In this document: piece after piece, positions 1-11,700 of the stretch
Layout of the letters: each line of letters opens with the position of its first letter
Numbering within the stretch: the stretch's first letter is position 1
NCBI GenBank assembly: GCA_002269645.1
Contig: NIVC01002277.1
Location: 1-64,000, forward strand
Direction of reading: 5' to 3'
Source: Macrostomum lignano
Taxonomy: Eukaryota
Length of the DNA: 64,000 nucleotides
The notes under the pieces: model-generated
Databases searched by the model: none
Told to the model about the DNA's origin: nothing
The model's input: the letters and a program-made list of their open reading frames with translations, nothing else
Position numbers and translations under genes: made by a program

Positions 1-209
1 CATCTATTTCTTTCACGGCGCTAGGAGACTAGGGGATGAGGCCGAGCGGGACAGAAATTGAATTATGACTCAAATACGCGCCAGTTTTTTCTCTTTTCAG
101 GGAGGAAAGCAGCGGAAAGAGCGGGTGGAATGATTGAATTTCCCAACGGGCCGCCCCCCACCAGCCCGGTCACCTACTCGACTGATATTATTTGGCGATA
201 GGGCGCAGC

Positions 210-372
210 TTCAGATTGGCTCTTCTATCACTTCCACTCAGGCCAGCGCCTGCCACTAGGAAGGAGAGAGATTGGCTCTCGGAGGTTGATGGCGCCCGCA
301 AGATAAGTAGGGCCTCATTTTTGCCGGCTATAAGCAAAGAAGGGCGAGCATATTAGCGCTCCGAGCCAATAA
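210..372 (+). promoter_or_regulatory. CCAAT-box cluster upstream of bHLH gene
   Basis: GATTGGCTC at about 213 and 270 and GAGCCAAT at about 363, just upstream of the ATG at 385. Motif match only. Confidence 0.35.
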
Positions 373-384
373 TCCGAGCCAGGA

Positions 385-1682
385 ATGACGGAACCGTCCA
401 GTGTCACCGTTAGAGATAAAGCCGCCGAGGACCGGGCAAGCGGCTACTTCTACGATGACAACGACATCGACGTTGACAACGAGGACGACGACTTCGGCGA
501 CAAAGAAAGAGCTGAGTTGGACGACGACCCCGGCTGCTGCAATGAGCTTCCGCAACAGCTGCAAGCTTCGTCGTACTCAAGCGGACTTCAGTCAGCTAGG
601 TTCGGTGAGAAGGTTCCGCAGCCGTCGCGGCCGCCGCAGTCTCACGGCCGGCACCAGAAGAGCCAGCAGTTGCAGCCGCAGCCCGGCAAGGAGTCCAAAC
701 GGCTGCGGCTGAATGTCAACGCCAGGGAGCGCCGTCGAATGCACGATTTGAACGACGCCCTGGACGAGCTGAGGAGCGTCATTCCCTACGCCCACTCGCC
801 TTCGGTACTCGACGATTAATAATTTGCTATTTTTAAAGTAGTTTGTTAATTGAGCTCAACTTGAAGAGGCTCAGAAACAAAAACTGTCTTGTACGTGGAT
901 TGTCGTGTCGTCACGCTGAGACCGTACGGGCCTGAGGACCCGATAAAAAGCAACACTGCACTGCCATTTCTGCGCCAAATGACACAGGGAAAAGACCATA
1001 AAGGCTAAAACCAAAATATGTGCCATAAACATGTAGTTCCATTTGGCACAATATCCGATTGAAATAACTGTGCCAATATGCATACTCGTTGAGAGCACAC
1101 TTTTACACAACTCTGCCAACTGTGACACAACCCACGTCAGTTGGGCTCACTTGGGGGCACTGTTGGCACATTTATTTTTGGTCGGGGATTAGAGGGAATG
1201 TTCAGGGGCCGCCGTACATGTACACCCGCGAGAGCGTGGGTGCTCAGGGATCAGCGGAAGGGACAGGGCCGCTTGCCTTCTCCTTGCAAAGTAACTATAG
1301 CTCAACCAAAGAGTGTCTTGACCAATCCTTGCAACCTCAGGTGAGAAAGCTGTCCAAGATAGCCACCCTGCTGCTGGCCAAGAACTACATCCTGATGCAG
1401 GCCAACGCGCTGGAGGAGCTCCGACAGATCATCACCAGCATCAACCGGCAGACTGGGGTGCTCGGTGCACCGCGCCCCGGCGCAACGCCGGCCGGGCAGG
1501 CGCTCCATCAGACCGCGGCTGCCACGGCTGCGCTAAATGCCACGGAGCACGAGCTGGCGGACGCTGCGGCCACCGCCACTTCGGCATGCCGACGGCAAAG
1601 TCTCGACGGCGAAGGCGACGACGGCGATATGAACGACGCCTCTGCTGACGATTCTGCCGACTCTCAGAGTAGATCTCAGTGA
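385..1682 (+). CDS. BHLHE22: bHLH transcription factor, BHLHE22/23 (Beta3)/Olig family, 253 aa, 2 exons (385-804, 1341-1682)
   Basis: Joining TCG|GTACTC (donor 805) to CCTCAG|GTG (acceptor 1340) gives [62 protein letters not shown], the characteristic Beta3/Olig bHLH. Both introns boundaries are phase 0. Confidence 0.92.
1200..1262 (+). mobile_element. 3' fragment of the local tRNA-derived SINE family, in the bHLH intron
   Basis: CAGGGGCCGCCGTACATGTACACCC...GTGCTCAGGGATCAGCGGAA resembles the copies at 48520-48625 and 62950-63045. Confidence 0.5.
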
Positions 1683-2935
1683 AGCCGAGTGACTCAGAGA
1701 ACGTGATCCTGATGAAGCAATTAAGCTTCTTTACATTGTATTAAAAACTAAATTTCCTCACAATTTGTCGCACATAATTACTTGCATCAGAACTACTTCA
1801 AGTAGTTGACTAAATATACTCGAACATAATGAATTGCCTGCTGACCACGAAATTCCAAGATAATTTTTTATTCGAAGTTGTAGAAAACTCGGCGAAGTAT
1901 CTTTTATCGAGTTTCAGGCGTTCCTGTAACGAAGCGGACTGTTAATAAATGTCAAATTCTAAAAAACCTGACTCAGTGTCAGGTTCAAACTCTCAGTGTA
2001 TAAATAAAAAGCGAAGAAAAACGGTAACTTATGTACTGTTTCGATACATATCGGCTACGCATTTATGCATGATTCAGCTGGCCTAAAAGTCAATTCGACT
2101 CAAGAGATGACAACTTGTTTACAATAGTAATAATTTTCGATTAATTTTGTTCGATCAATTAATTCTACGAAGCTAAAATAAAAGAATGATCATATACGAA
2201 CATTCGAACTTCGAATAGCCAAGACTCCGCTGACAAAAGGATAGGGTTGCATAAGCGGATAATGCTAGCTCAGAGCGACAGAGAGCGGAAAGTCACGATT
2301 TAACCTCGGCGCGAAGGTCGCAGTCATGGATCCCCTCAGTTCTGTGGAATTTGGCGAAGTAGCCGCTTTACTTAGCCTACCCCAGACAGAGGCCGGCGTC
2401 ACTGCCCTTTTATACCATTGTGCTCAGCACTTGTGCAATATTATTTGTTGACAAAAAATTATTACAAGTAGCCTCATCAGACTACTCATATCAACTAAGT
2501 AGAAATGTTAAAGTTTTTCCTGTATTTTTGCAGGGAAACTAAAAAAGACAAAACAGTACGTTACAATATTATGTTAACTGTCTCAACAGAACACAGACTA
2601 TTCTTCAAATAAATTTTGATTGCAATCAAACTTTCCAATATGTTTATTTACTTTTTATATTTTTATTTATCATCAAACTTCTGCGATTCGGACAACAATC
2701 GAATGTATCAATAATAAGGATTATTGAAATATTCAATTCAATTTGCAACCTCGACACAGACACGCATAGTTAAACACGCATAGGTGTACAATATATATCA
2801 TATGCTCGCTTTGCTTGTGAATAAACAGAATATAGACGGGAAATAATATTTTATTTTCATTTGCAGATGTTTGACGTCATGAAATTTCATATTCTGAGGA
2901 ATAAACTCGTTGAATTGAACAGGGTATTATAAGCC

Positions 2936-3255
2936 CTGGATTTGGGATTTAGAATCCTTAATCCGGGGATTTAGAGATCCCTTAATCCGGGTATTTAGAA
3001 TCCCTAATCCGGGGATTTAGAGATCCCTAATCCGGGGATTTAGAATCTCTAATCCTGGGATTTAAAATCTCTAATCCGTGGATTAATAATCCTTAATCCG
3101 GGGATTTAGAATCCCTAATCCGGGGATTTAGAATCCCTTAATCCGGGGATTTAGAATCCCTTAATCCGGGGATTTAGAATCCCTTAATCCGGGGATTTAG
3201 AATCCCTAATCCGGAGATTTAGAATCCTTAATCCTTAATCTAAGGGGTTATTAGA
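2936..3255. repeat. 21-22 bp minisatellite (CCTTAATCCGGGGATTTAGAAT), about 14 copies
   Basis: Visible tandem units with an internal AATCC/GGATT dyad; lies between the convergent bHLH and AsnRS 3' ends. Confidence 0.9.
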
Positions 3256-3576
3256 GCTCTGCTCTGCCTTAATCTAGTAATCCAATACTTTACTGTCGGC
3301 CCAAAGCAGTTGGTCGCGCAAGCAAGACGCGGACATCCGCAATTTAACAACACATCACGCAAGATGAAAACAAAGCGACAAGTACTAATAAAAGTGCAAG
3401 TAATCCGTAAAGAAAAACGAAGCAGCATTTTAGGGGTCCAGTTAAAGCAAGACAATCCCAGATCCAAAACAGCCAAGTCAGTCATAGTTAATTTCATATC
3501 TTTAGTCAGTTGCTTTGCTTTTTAAAATTGAAAACAGAAACGCAGAAATTATATTTTGCATTAATTAATTAATCAA

Positions 3577-6500
3577 TCAAGGCTTGCACCTGCCGGTCAT
3601 GCGCGGGTACAGGCAGACATCCCGGATGTGCTCCTGGCCGAACATCCACGTCATGAAGCGCTCAACGCCAAGTCCGTAGCCGCCGTGCGGGCAACTGCCG
3701 TATTCGCGCTATAATTAATTACACAATGCGACAAGTTACATGTGTGTTTTGCATTTTTCGATACATATCGGCAAAACAGGTATTTCGATTTTCTTGCCCA
3801 AAAGATTTTTTGCGTACCAAAAGTTCCTAATACGCTGGTCAAGAAGCTGATGATGAAAGTTGGAGACTCAAAAAATGACTCGACTCTTTTGATATCTCAC
3901 AGAGGAGAAGCAATTAGGGCTGGTTTCAATTTTGAGTCAAAAATATTAAAAAGCATGACAATGACCTTCTTAGAGGAACTGCTAAAATCCTTGACGGTTG
4001 AAAATTGAATGCAAAGAAAGAGAAAAAAATTTATATCGGGATCGACTCGCGACCTTGTAACAAGATCATGATCGTAAAAAATCGATACATATTCGTAAAA
4101 TATTACTCACCTGTTGCGTGTACCAGTAGTAGGGCGACGGGTCGATACCCTCGCGTGCGTAGCCTTTCATTAGCTCGTCGTGCTTCCAAATCCTCATGGA
4201 GCCGCCAACAATTTCGCCAACCCCGGGAATTAGAACGTCGACAGATTCGGTCACCCGGTTGTCCTCCTGGCAACGGGGCATGTAGAATGCTTTGATCTCG
4301 GCCGGGAATCGGCACAGCAGAATCGGCTCATTGATAGTGTCCGTCATTTGCCGCTCCGGAGCCTCCGGGATGTCCTGGCGTCAAATGGGGAATGCGCTTA
4401 AAAACATTTTTACCAGTAATTGAAATCTATGCGTTGTTATATTGTTTTCGATACATATCGGGTACATATAGTGCGAGTAGATAAAACAGTACTTGAGTAC
4501 ATATACATAGTCTACTATATTTAGGTGTACAGCGGCCCTGACTTTCTACTCATCAGGCATGTACACTCAAAAGTAGAACCCCTGAAACCCTCAACTAATT
4601 TTCGTGCTCAAAGCTCCAAATCAATGTGGCCCTGCACGGAATCGAACCAGGGGTCGTGTGGTATTTATCTTATGTTGCGAAAGTTGAAAAAAACTACGAG
4701 AAATTCTTTTTACTTAAAGTAGTTAATACGGCTATGCAACACTGAAAGAATCTCACATCGCCAAACTCGTAGTTTTTTCCATCAGGCCGAAGCACATTGT
4801 TCTCCTTGAGCCAGACCAGCGCGTCCGTGTAGTTCATCCGCCTGAACGGCTTCTTCGGGGCGTTGAATTTCGGGTTCACCTCGCGCAGCAGATCGCCAGC
4901 CTCTTTTAGCACCCGTTCGGACACGTCCACAATGAGATCTTCCACGCGGTCAAGCAGATCATTGTAGGTGATGAACGGGCACTCGGCCTCCAGGTGGGTG
5001 TACCTGAAGGCGATGAAGTCTCGTGTGAATGCTCGCTGGTTACACTTTAAATACTAGGTACTCAGAATCTGGTCATTATACCCAACCTACTCAAAATCTG
5101 GTCATACACCAAACCTACTCAGAATCTGGTCATACACCCAACCTACTTAGAATCTGGTCATACACCTAACCTACTCAGAAACTGGTCACACACCCAACCT
5201 ACTCAGAAACTGGTCATACACCCAACCTACTCAGAATCTGGTCATACACCAAACCTACTCAGAATCTGGTCATACACCCAACCTACTTAGAATAGAATCT
5301 GGTCATACACCTAACCTACTCAGAAACTGGTCACACACCCAACCTACTCAGAAACTGGTCACACACCCAACCTACTCAGAATCTGGTCATACACCTAACC
5401 TACTCAGAAACTGGTCATACACACAATCTACTCAGAAACTGGTAATACACCCAACCTACTCAGAAACTGGTCATACACACAATCTACTCAGAAACTGGTC
5501 AGACACCCAACCTACTCAGAATCTGGTCATGCAGCACCCCCATCCATATTCTAATCCTGGACGACAACCAACCCCACTTAAGCAATAACTCACTCGGACA
5601 GGTGGCGCCTGGTCCTGCTCTTCTCGGCCCGGTAGCTGCGAGCTACGCAGAAGCAGTCGCCAACAACCGGCAGGCAAGTCTCCAAATAGAGCTGGCTAGA
5701 CTGGGTCAGATAGGCCGGCTCTCCGTAATAGTCAAAGCTGAACAGGGTCGAGCCGCCCTCCACCTGAGTCTGCACCATGGTTGGCGGGGTCACTTCAACG
5801 TAGCCCCGATCGAACAGGTGAGACCGGAACGCGCGCATCACGTGACAGGACAATTTGACAATCTTCGAAGTATGCTCGCCCCGCAGAACCAGATGCCGAT
5901 TGTCTAGCAGCACGTCGACGTCGCTCTCGACGTTGAGCACGGACTCGACGCCGCCGGGGGGAGCCGGGCCGATCTGCTCCCAGTAGTCGGCTGTTAGTTC
6001 TACGCCGCCAGGCGCGCTGTGACCTTCGGGCACGCGAGCCAGAGTGCCGTAGACTCGGATGGAGGCCTCCTGGCTCAACAGGATGGCGTCGTAGGTTTGA
6101 CACAGGCGGTCGGCCAGCAGGCACTGCAGGAAGCCGGTGCCGTCTCGGAGCACCACGAACATCAGTGCCTTGCCCTGGCGGCGCAGCCGGTGCACCCAGC
6201 CTGATACCTGCACTCGTTGGCCAACTAGCTCGGGCGCCTGGCGCACCTGGATTGAGCGGACCGGTGCACTCACTACATTAATAAATTAAATGAGGAATAT
6301 AGTGGGGTTTGAAGGGCTACGAATGAGGAGAAGTCAAAAAGATTATCACGGAATGGGGACAAAGCTGGAAGGGGATCGCAGAATGGGGAGAAATCTGGAA
6401 GGGTATCACAGAATGGGGAGAAAGCTGGAAGGGGATCACAGAATGGGGAGACAGCTGGAATGGGATTTCACATTCGGGAGACATCTAAAAGGGGATCACA

Positions 6501-7340
6501 GAATGGGGAGAAATCTGGAAGGGTATCACAGAATGGGGAGAAAGCTGGAAGGGGATCACAGAATGGGGAGACATCTGAAAGGAAATAACAGAATGGGGAG
6601 AAATCTGGAAGGGGATCACAGAATGGGGAGACATCTGAAAGAAAATAACAGAATGGGGAGAAATCTGGAAGGGTATCACAGAATGGGGAGAAATCTGGAA
6701 GGGTATCACAGAATGGGGAGAAATCTGGAAGGGGATCACAGAATGGGGAGACAACTAGAAGGGGATCACAGAATGGGGAGACATCTGAAAGGAAATAACA
6801 GAATGGGGAGAAATCTGGAAGGGTATCACGGAATGGGGAGACAGCTGGAAGGGGATCACAGAATGGGGAGACAGCTGGAAGGGTATCACGGAATGGGGAG
6901 ACAACTAGAAGGGGATCACAGAATGGGGAGGCAATTGGGAAAAATGAAGGTACAAATGGGATTACCTTGACAGCCTGAGCCTTGGGCAGGGAAGGATCCT
7001 CGCTAATGCAGATTTTTTCGGCGGCGCGCAGATTCTCATCTCGAAGGGCCTTGTCGGCGGCCTCGCGCTTTTCCCGCTGCTCAGACTGCCGCTGCTCTCG
7101 TTCTAGCAGTTTGCGGCATTTCTTTACCTGCGACTTGGCCGCCTCCTGCCATTGCGAACCACCGTCGGGGCCTTCAACCATGACGACGGCGCTCGAGCCG
7201 CCACGGCGCAGCGCATGCAGCACCGTCTTGAAGGGCCGGGACTCTGTCCCATCGCCGCACTCGTCGCTGCCTTTCGCTTCGGAGGCGTAGAAGCGGGTCG
7301 CCGATACTTCGGTAGCCTGCGGTAGTTTCGGCGCATCTTG
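3577..7340 (-). CDS. NARS1: Cytosolic asparaginyl-tRNA synthetase; exons 7340-6966, 6246-5594, 5003-4757, 4374-4111, 3708-3577 (556 codons plus an unlocated start Met)
   Basis: All four introns are GT-AG with matching phases. Motifs: N-terminal [92 protein letters not shown]. Colinear with metazoan NARS1 as recalled. Confidence 0.96.
4524..4655 (-). mobile_element. tRNA-derived SINE copy in AsnRS intron 3
   Basis: Reverse complement has a B-box (CCTGGTTCGATTCC) and the family core GAGTGTACATGCCTGA...AGAAAGTCAGGGCCGCTGTACACC. Confidence 0.75.
5060..5530. repeat. 28-bp minisatellite (CCTACTCAGAATCTGGTCATACACCCAA), about 16 copies, filling AsnRS intron 2
   Basis: Period 28 measured (GTCAT at 5101 and 5129); lies inside intron 5004-5593. 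Confidence 0.92.
6340..6932. repeat. 30-bp minisatellite (CAGAATGGGGAGAAATCTGGAAGGGTATCA), about 19 copies, filling AsnRS intron 1
   Basis: GAATGGGGAG recurs every 30 nt; lies inside intron 6247-6965; explains spurious ORF 6290-6970. Confidence 0.93.
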
Positions 7341-7429
7341 CTGTGATCAAGACTAAATAACGATGTCTCGAAATACGGGTCTAACAGTGATTAACGACCT
7401 GTAGCAGCAACTATCACTTCCTATATTAT

Positions 7430-8150
7430 CTCCTGATATGCATCGAAAGTATTATAAACTAAATATAATAGCCTGGTAACTGTTCCTTTCTTTAATTATA
7501 CCGATATGTTTCGAAAATATCAAGGCAGTATAAGAACACAGAAAAAGCAGATCCAAATCTAGACTAGCTACCGATATGTATCGAAAGTATCTAGGCAGTA
7601 AAAGAACACAAAAAAGCAGATCCCCATCTAGACTAGCTACCGATATGTATCGAAAGTATCAAGGCATTAAAAGAACACAGAAAAAGCAGATCCCCCTCTA
7701 GACTAGCTACCGATATGTATCGAAAGTATCAAGGCATTAAAAGAACACAGAAAAAGCAGATCCCCATCTAGACTAGCTACCGATATGTATCGAAAGTATC
7801 GAGGCATTAAAAGAACACAGAAAAAGCAGATCCCCATCTAGACTAGCTACCGATATGTATTGAAAGTATCTAGACACTAAAAGAACATAGAAAAAGCAGA
7901 TCTTCCATCTAGACTAGCTACCGATATGTATCGAAAGTATATAGGCAGTAAAAGAACATAGAAAAAGCAGATCTCCCATCTAGACTAGCTACCGATATGT
8001 ATTGAAAGTATCTAGACACTAAAAGAACATAGAAAAAGCATATCCTCATCTAGACTAGCTACTGATATGTATTGAAAGTATCTAGACACTAAAAGAACAT
8101 ATAAAAAGCATATCCTCATCTAGACTAGCTACCGATATGTACGACGTATC
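7430..8150. repeat. 70-bp tandem repeat, about 10 copies, each with CCGATATGTATCGAAA
   Basis: Motif at 7502, 7572, 7641, 7711, 7781, 7851, 7922, 7993, 8063, 8133; lies between the RRM gene and AsnRS. Confidence 0.92.
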
Positions 8151-8792
8151 TTAAAACCTGGAAAATTCAAGCCTACATAGTGCTAATAAAAACTAATAAA
8201 AATTCAATAAATTAACTAACAGAACAAACTGGCAAACGTCAGCAGAAACAAGACACCAACTTAGTAACCAGGTAAGGGATAAGAAGTCAGAGAGAGAGAG
8301 ATTTATTTGCAACCTCAGTAGCAGCTTTCATACAGTTGTTAAGGCAGCAGCGCGCAGCTGTAAAGGCGGTCTTTCTACAAGTCAATCTTTCGTGAATAAA
8401 GTAATCAACTATACATAATTATAAGCCTTTAAGATAGTAGCAAAGCATTTTATTAAATCGGAAAAAGGTAATATTTTTATACAAGCGCATAAGTTAGGGA
8501 GGGCTACGTAGAGTTTTGAAATAAAAGCACATGAAGTCTTAATGACTCTTATTGCTACTGTAAAATAAATTGCTAATTTATAAAGTCAGACTGGTCCAAA
8601 TTTATGGCTAAATTGTATAAGCAGAATTATATACTAATGTTACTATTAAGGAAAAAGATAAAAGCATGATTTAATGCACTAATTAAAACGCTGGAAGATG
8701 TACTTTTGATGAAAATTAAACAGAAAATGTTTTGAGAAGATAAACTAGAAGTAGTCAATGAGATTTTAAAATCAGTCGACAGTCCAATGGAA

Positions 8793-11700
8793 TCACTGCG
8801 TTAGAGCCATGTAGAGCGGGAGGCCTTTGTAGGGTTTTCTGCAAGCAAGCACGAAAACAAAGATTAGTTTGATAATAAAGTGATGAAAACGCTTTTTCGA
8901 TACATATCGGCTTATAGTCATTTGGCTTATAGGCTTTGACACTAGTTAACTTGCAATTGGTAAACGATAAATTGTTCGATACATATCGGCGCCTAATCAA
9001 ACAGATTAGCAACACTCGGATTTTAGTGGCATCCCCAATAGTGAAATGTTACATTTTCGATACATATCGGCGCCTAATCAAACAGATTAGCAACACTCGG
9101 ATTTTAGTAGCATCCCCAATACTGAAATGTTACATTTTCGATACATATCGGCGTCTAATAAACAGGGTAGCTGAACACCGACTGTAGTAGCATTCCAATA
9201 CTGAAATGTTTTACATTTTTCGATACATATCGGCGCCTAATCAAACAAAGTAGCGACACTCGTATATTTAATTAAGTATCATGTAGTTATGCTGAAAATA
9301 TGCATTTTTCGATACATATCGGCACTCAGTCAATCAAATCGGCACATTCTATGAAGCAATAATAAACTTGCCTGTTATAACGCTTCACAAACTCGGCGGC
9401 TTGTTGTTCGTTATAAAATTTAACAAACGCCTTATAAGTGCTGGGCACTAGTCGGTACTCCTGCAAGTAGTAAGGATAGGTTAACAGTGAAAAATGAATC
9501 AATTAAAAAAATAGAAGCGTAAATAAAAAAAAACGATGAGCCAGCGGAACTCACGCAGACGGGTCCAAGCGGGTCTGTCAGCGTGGCCAAGTCCTGCTCA
9601 GTGATGCCGTCCGGGCAGTTCTCAATCCGGACGCTGGTACGGCCGCTGCTGCTTGGATAGCCGATGTTGAACGGCAACGTCGGGCCTTGTCCGGTCCGTT
9701 CGAAACTCGACGATGTCGGAGCCGCCACCGCAGCCGCCGATGCAACGGCGGGCACATCAGCGGCCAGATGATGGCGCATCGCCTCGGCGGCCGCGTAGTT
9801 GGCGCCGGCTGCGCTGCACCAGCGACGATCAGCGACACGATGCTGCGGCTGCTGCTGCGGCTGCTGACGCGGTCGAGAAGCCAGCAGGCTGTTAACAGGC
9901 TCTATAGCAGTGGCGGCAATCGGTTGGGGAGCCGGTTGACCCCACGGCAGCTCATCGTCAGCGTCGGCGCCTGAGTCATAATTATAATAATGACGGTTGG
10001 CAATGGCGCTGCCAACTTGCCCGATTGACAGCGGCTGATGCTGTTGATGGTGCTGATGATGCTGCTGAGGATGCTGAGGATGCAGCTGGCGGATCTGTGG
10101 CGGCTGCTGCTGCTGAGAATGCTGAGGATACAGCTGGCGCATCTGTGGCGGCTGCTGCTGCTGAGGATGATACGGCTGGCGCCACGGCGGCCGATGCTGC
10201 TGCTGTGGCAGCATGGCACCTCCATGCGGTCGGACAATAAAAGCATTCTTCTGCTGCTGCTGGACCTGCTTCCATGGCGGGCACTGAAATCTACATGCGG
10301 CGCCGGAACTGAAAACGGCGCCACCAGCACCACGACCAGCTGGCGCAGCGGTGGCGGCAGCAGGTGCAGAGCTGGTCATCGAATGGCTTCGAAGCCCATG
10401 AAGAATTTCTGCTTGGCGACGCTTAAGCTGCCGCTGATTATTTATTATCTGGCGTAGGTCCGCACTGGCTTGTGTTACACTGCCAGATGTTGACGGGATC
10501 TGCTGCTGATTTTGTTGCACCTCAGCGGAGCCTCTATTATTATTATTATTATCGCTTACAGTTTTGTTAGTCTCAGCCTTACTGCAACCGCTGTTGTCAG
10601 CTTCGCCTTCGTCATCATCGTTGCTAGACTCGCCAGTCAGGTCGATAAACACCGTATTTGGATCGGCTAGCGGAAATGAGTGCCGGGGAGACCGACCGTC
10701 CCCGACGCCGCCGCTACTGCTAGGCGGCAACAGGCGCTTGCGCTCGCGCCGCTGCGGCTGCACGGACCCTGGCTGATCAGCGGTTGCCTCGTCAGCCGAG
10801 GACCCAACAGCGTCGCTAGGAGCAGCTTCAGTCGACAATAATGCGTTGCTGTTAGGGGCAGTTTTCGGCGACGCGGTTAATTTAGGCTCAGTAATAGCCA
10901 AGCCTTCGCCGGCAGCGTTGTTCGCGGCCTCGTCATTACTGCTGGCCGGGGCCGGCGAAATGTCGCTCGATGTTGACAATGGCGACGAAGCGATTGACGA
11001 ATTATTGCAGTCTTCCTCGGGCAGCTCGGCAGCGATAGCTGGCGGAGATGAGTCCGATGGCGGCTCGGGGACTGCGACAGGCTGCTGCTTCTGTTGCTGC
11101 TGCTGATTGCTGACGCCTTCATCAGCTTCGGCATTAATGGTGAGGACTAGAAATATGCATTGTTGACATTTTTTATGAGCTTAAGCGTTTTGACTGGAAC
11201 TGAGACCAGCTGACGAGAAAATTGCCGGTTAGACACACTCAATAAGTGCTTCACTAGTGACAGAGCTACCCCCTCTGCTAGCTACTCTCCATCAGGACCC
11301 TCAGTGCCCCCCTCCACCCCTCCATCAGGAACCTCAGTGCCCCCCACCCCTCCATCAGGAACCTCAGTGCCCCCCACCCCTCCATCAGGAACCTCAGTGA
11401 CCCCCTCCACCCCTCCATCAAGAACCTCAGTACCCCCCTCCACCCCTCCATCAGGAACCTCAGTGACCCCCTCCACCCCTCCATCAGGAACCTCAGTGAC
11501 CCACCCCTCCATCAGGAACCTCAGTGCCCCCCTCCACCCCTCCATCAGGAACCTCAGTGCCCCACTGCCCCACCCCTCCATCAGGAACCTCAGTGCCCCA
11601 CTGCCCCACCCCTCCATCAGGAACCTCAGTGCCCCACTGCCCCACCCCTCCATCAGGAACCTCAGTGCCCCACCCCTCCATCAGGAACCTCAGTGCCCCA

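Noticed and set aside
6290-6970. 226-aa plus-strand ORF ([10 protein letters not shown] repeats), and Pro-rich ORFs at 11304-12423 and microsatellite ORFs at 24826-25666
   Set aside because: Repeat-derived, antisense to or inside introns of real genes.
7430-8150. CRISPR-like appearance of the 70-bp, 46/47-bp and 151-bp arrays
   Set aside because: Segments between conserved motifs are near-identical copies, not unique spacers; no cas genes; eukaryotic context.
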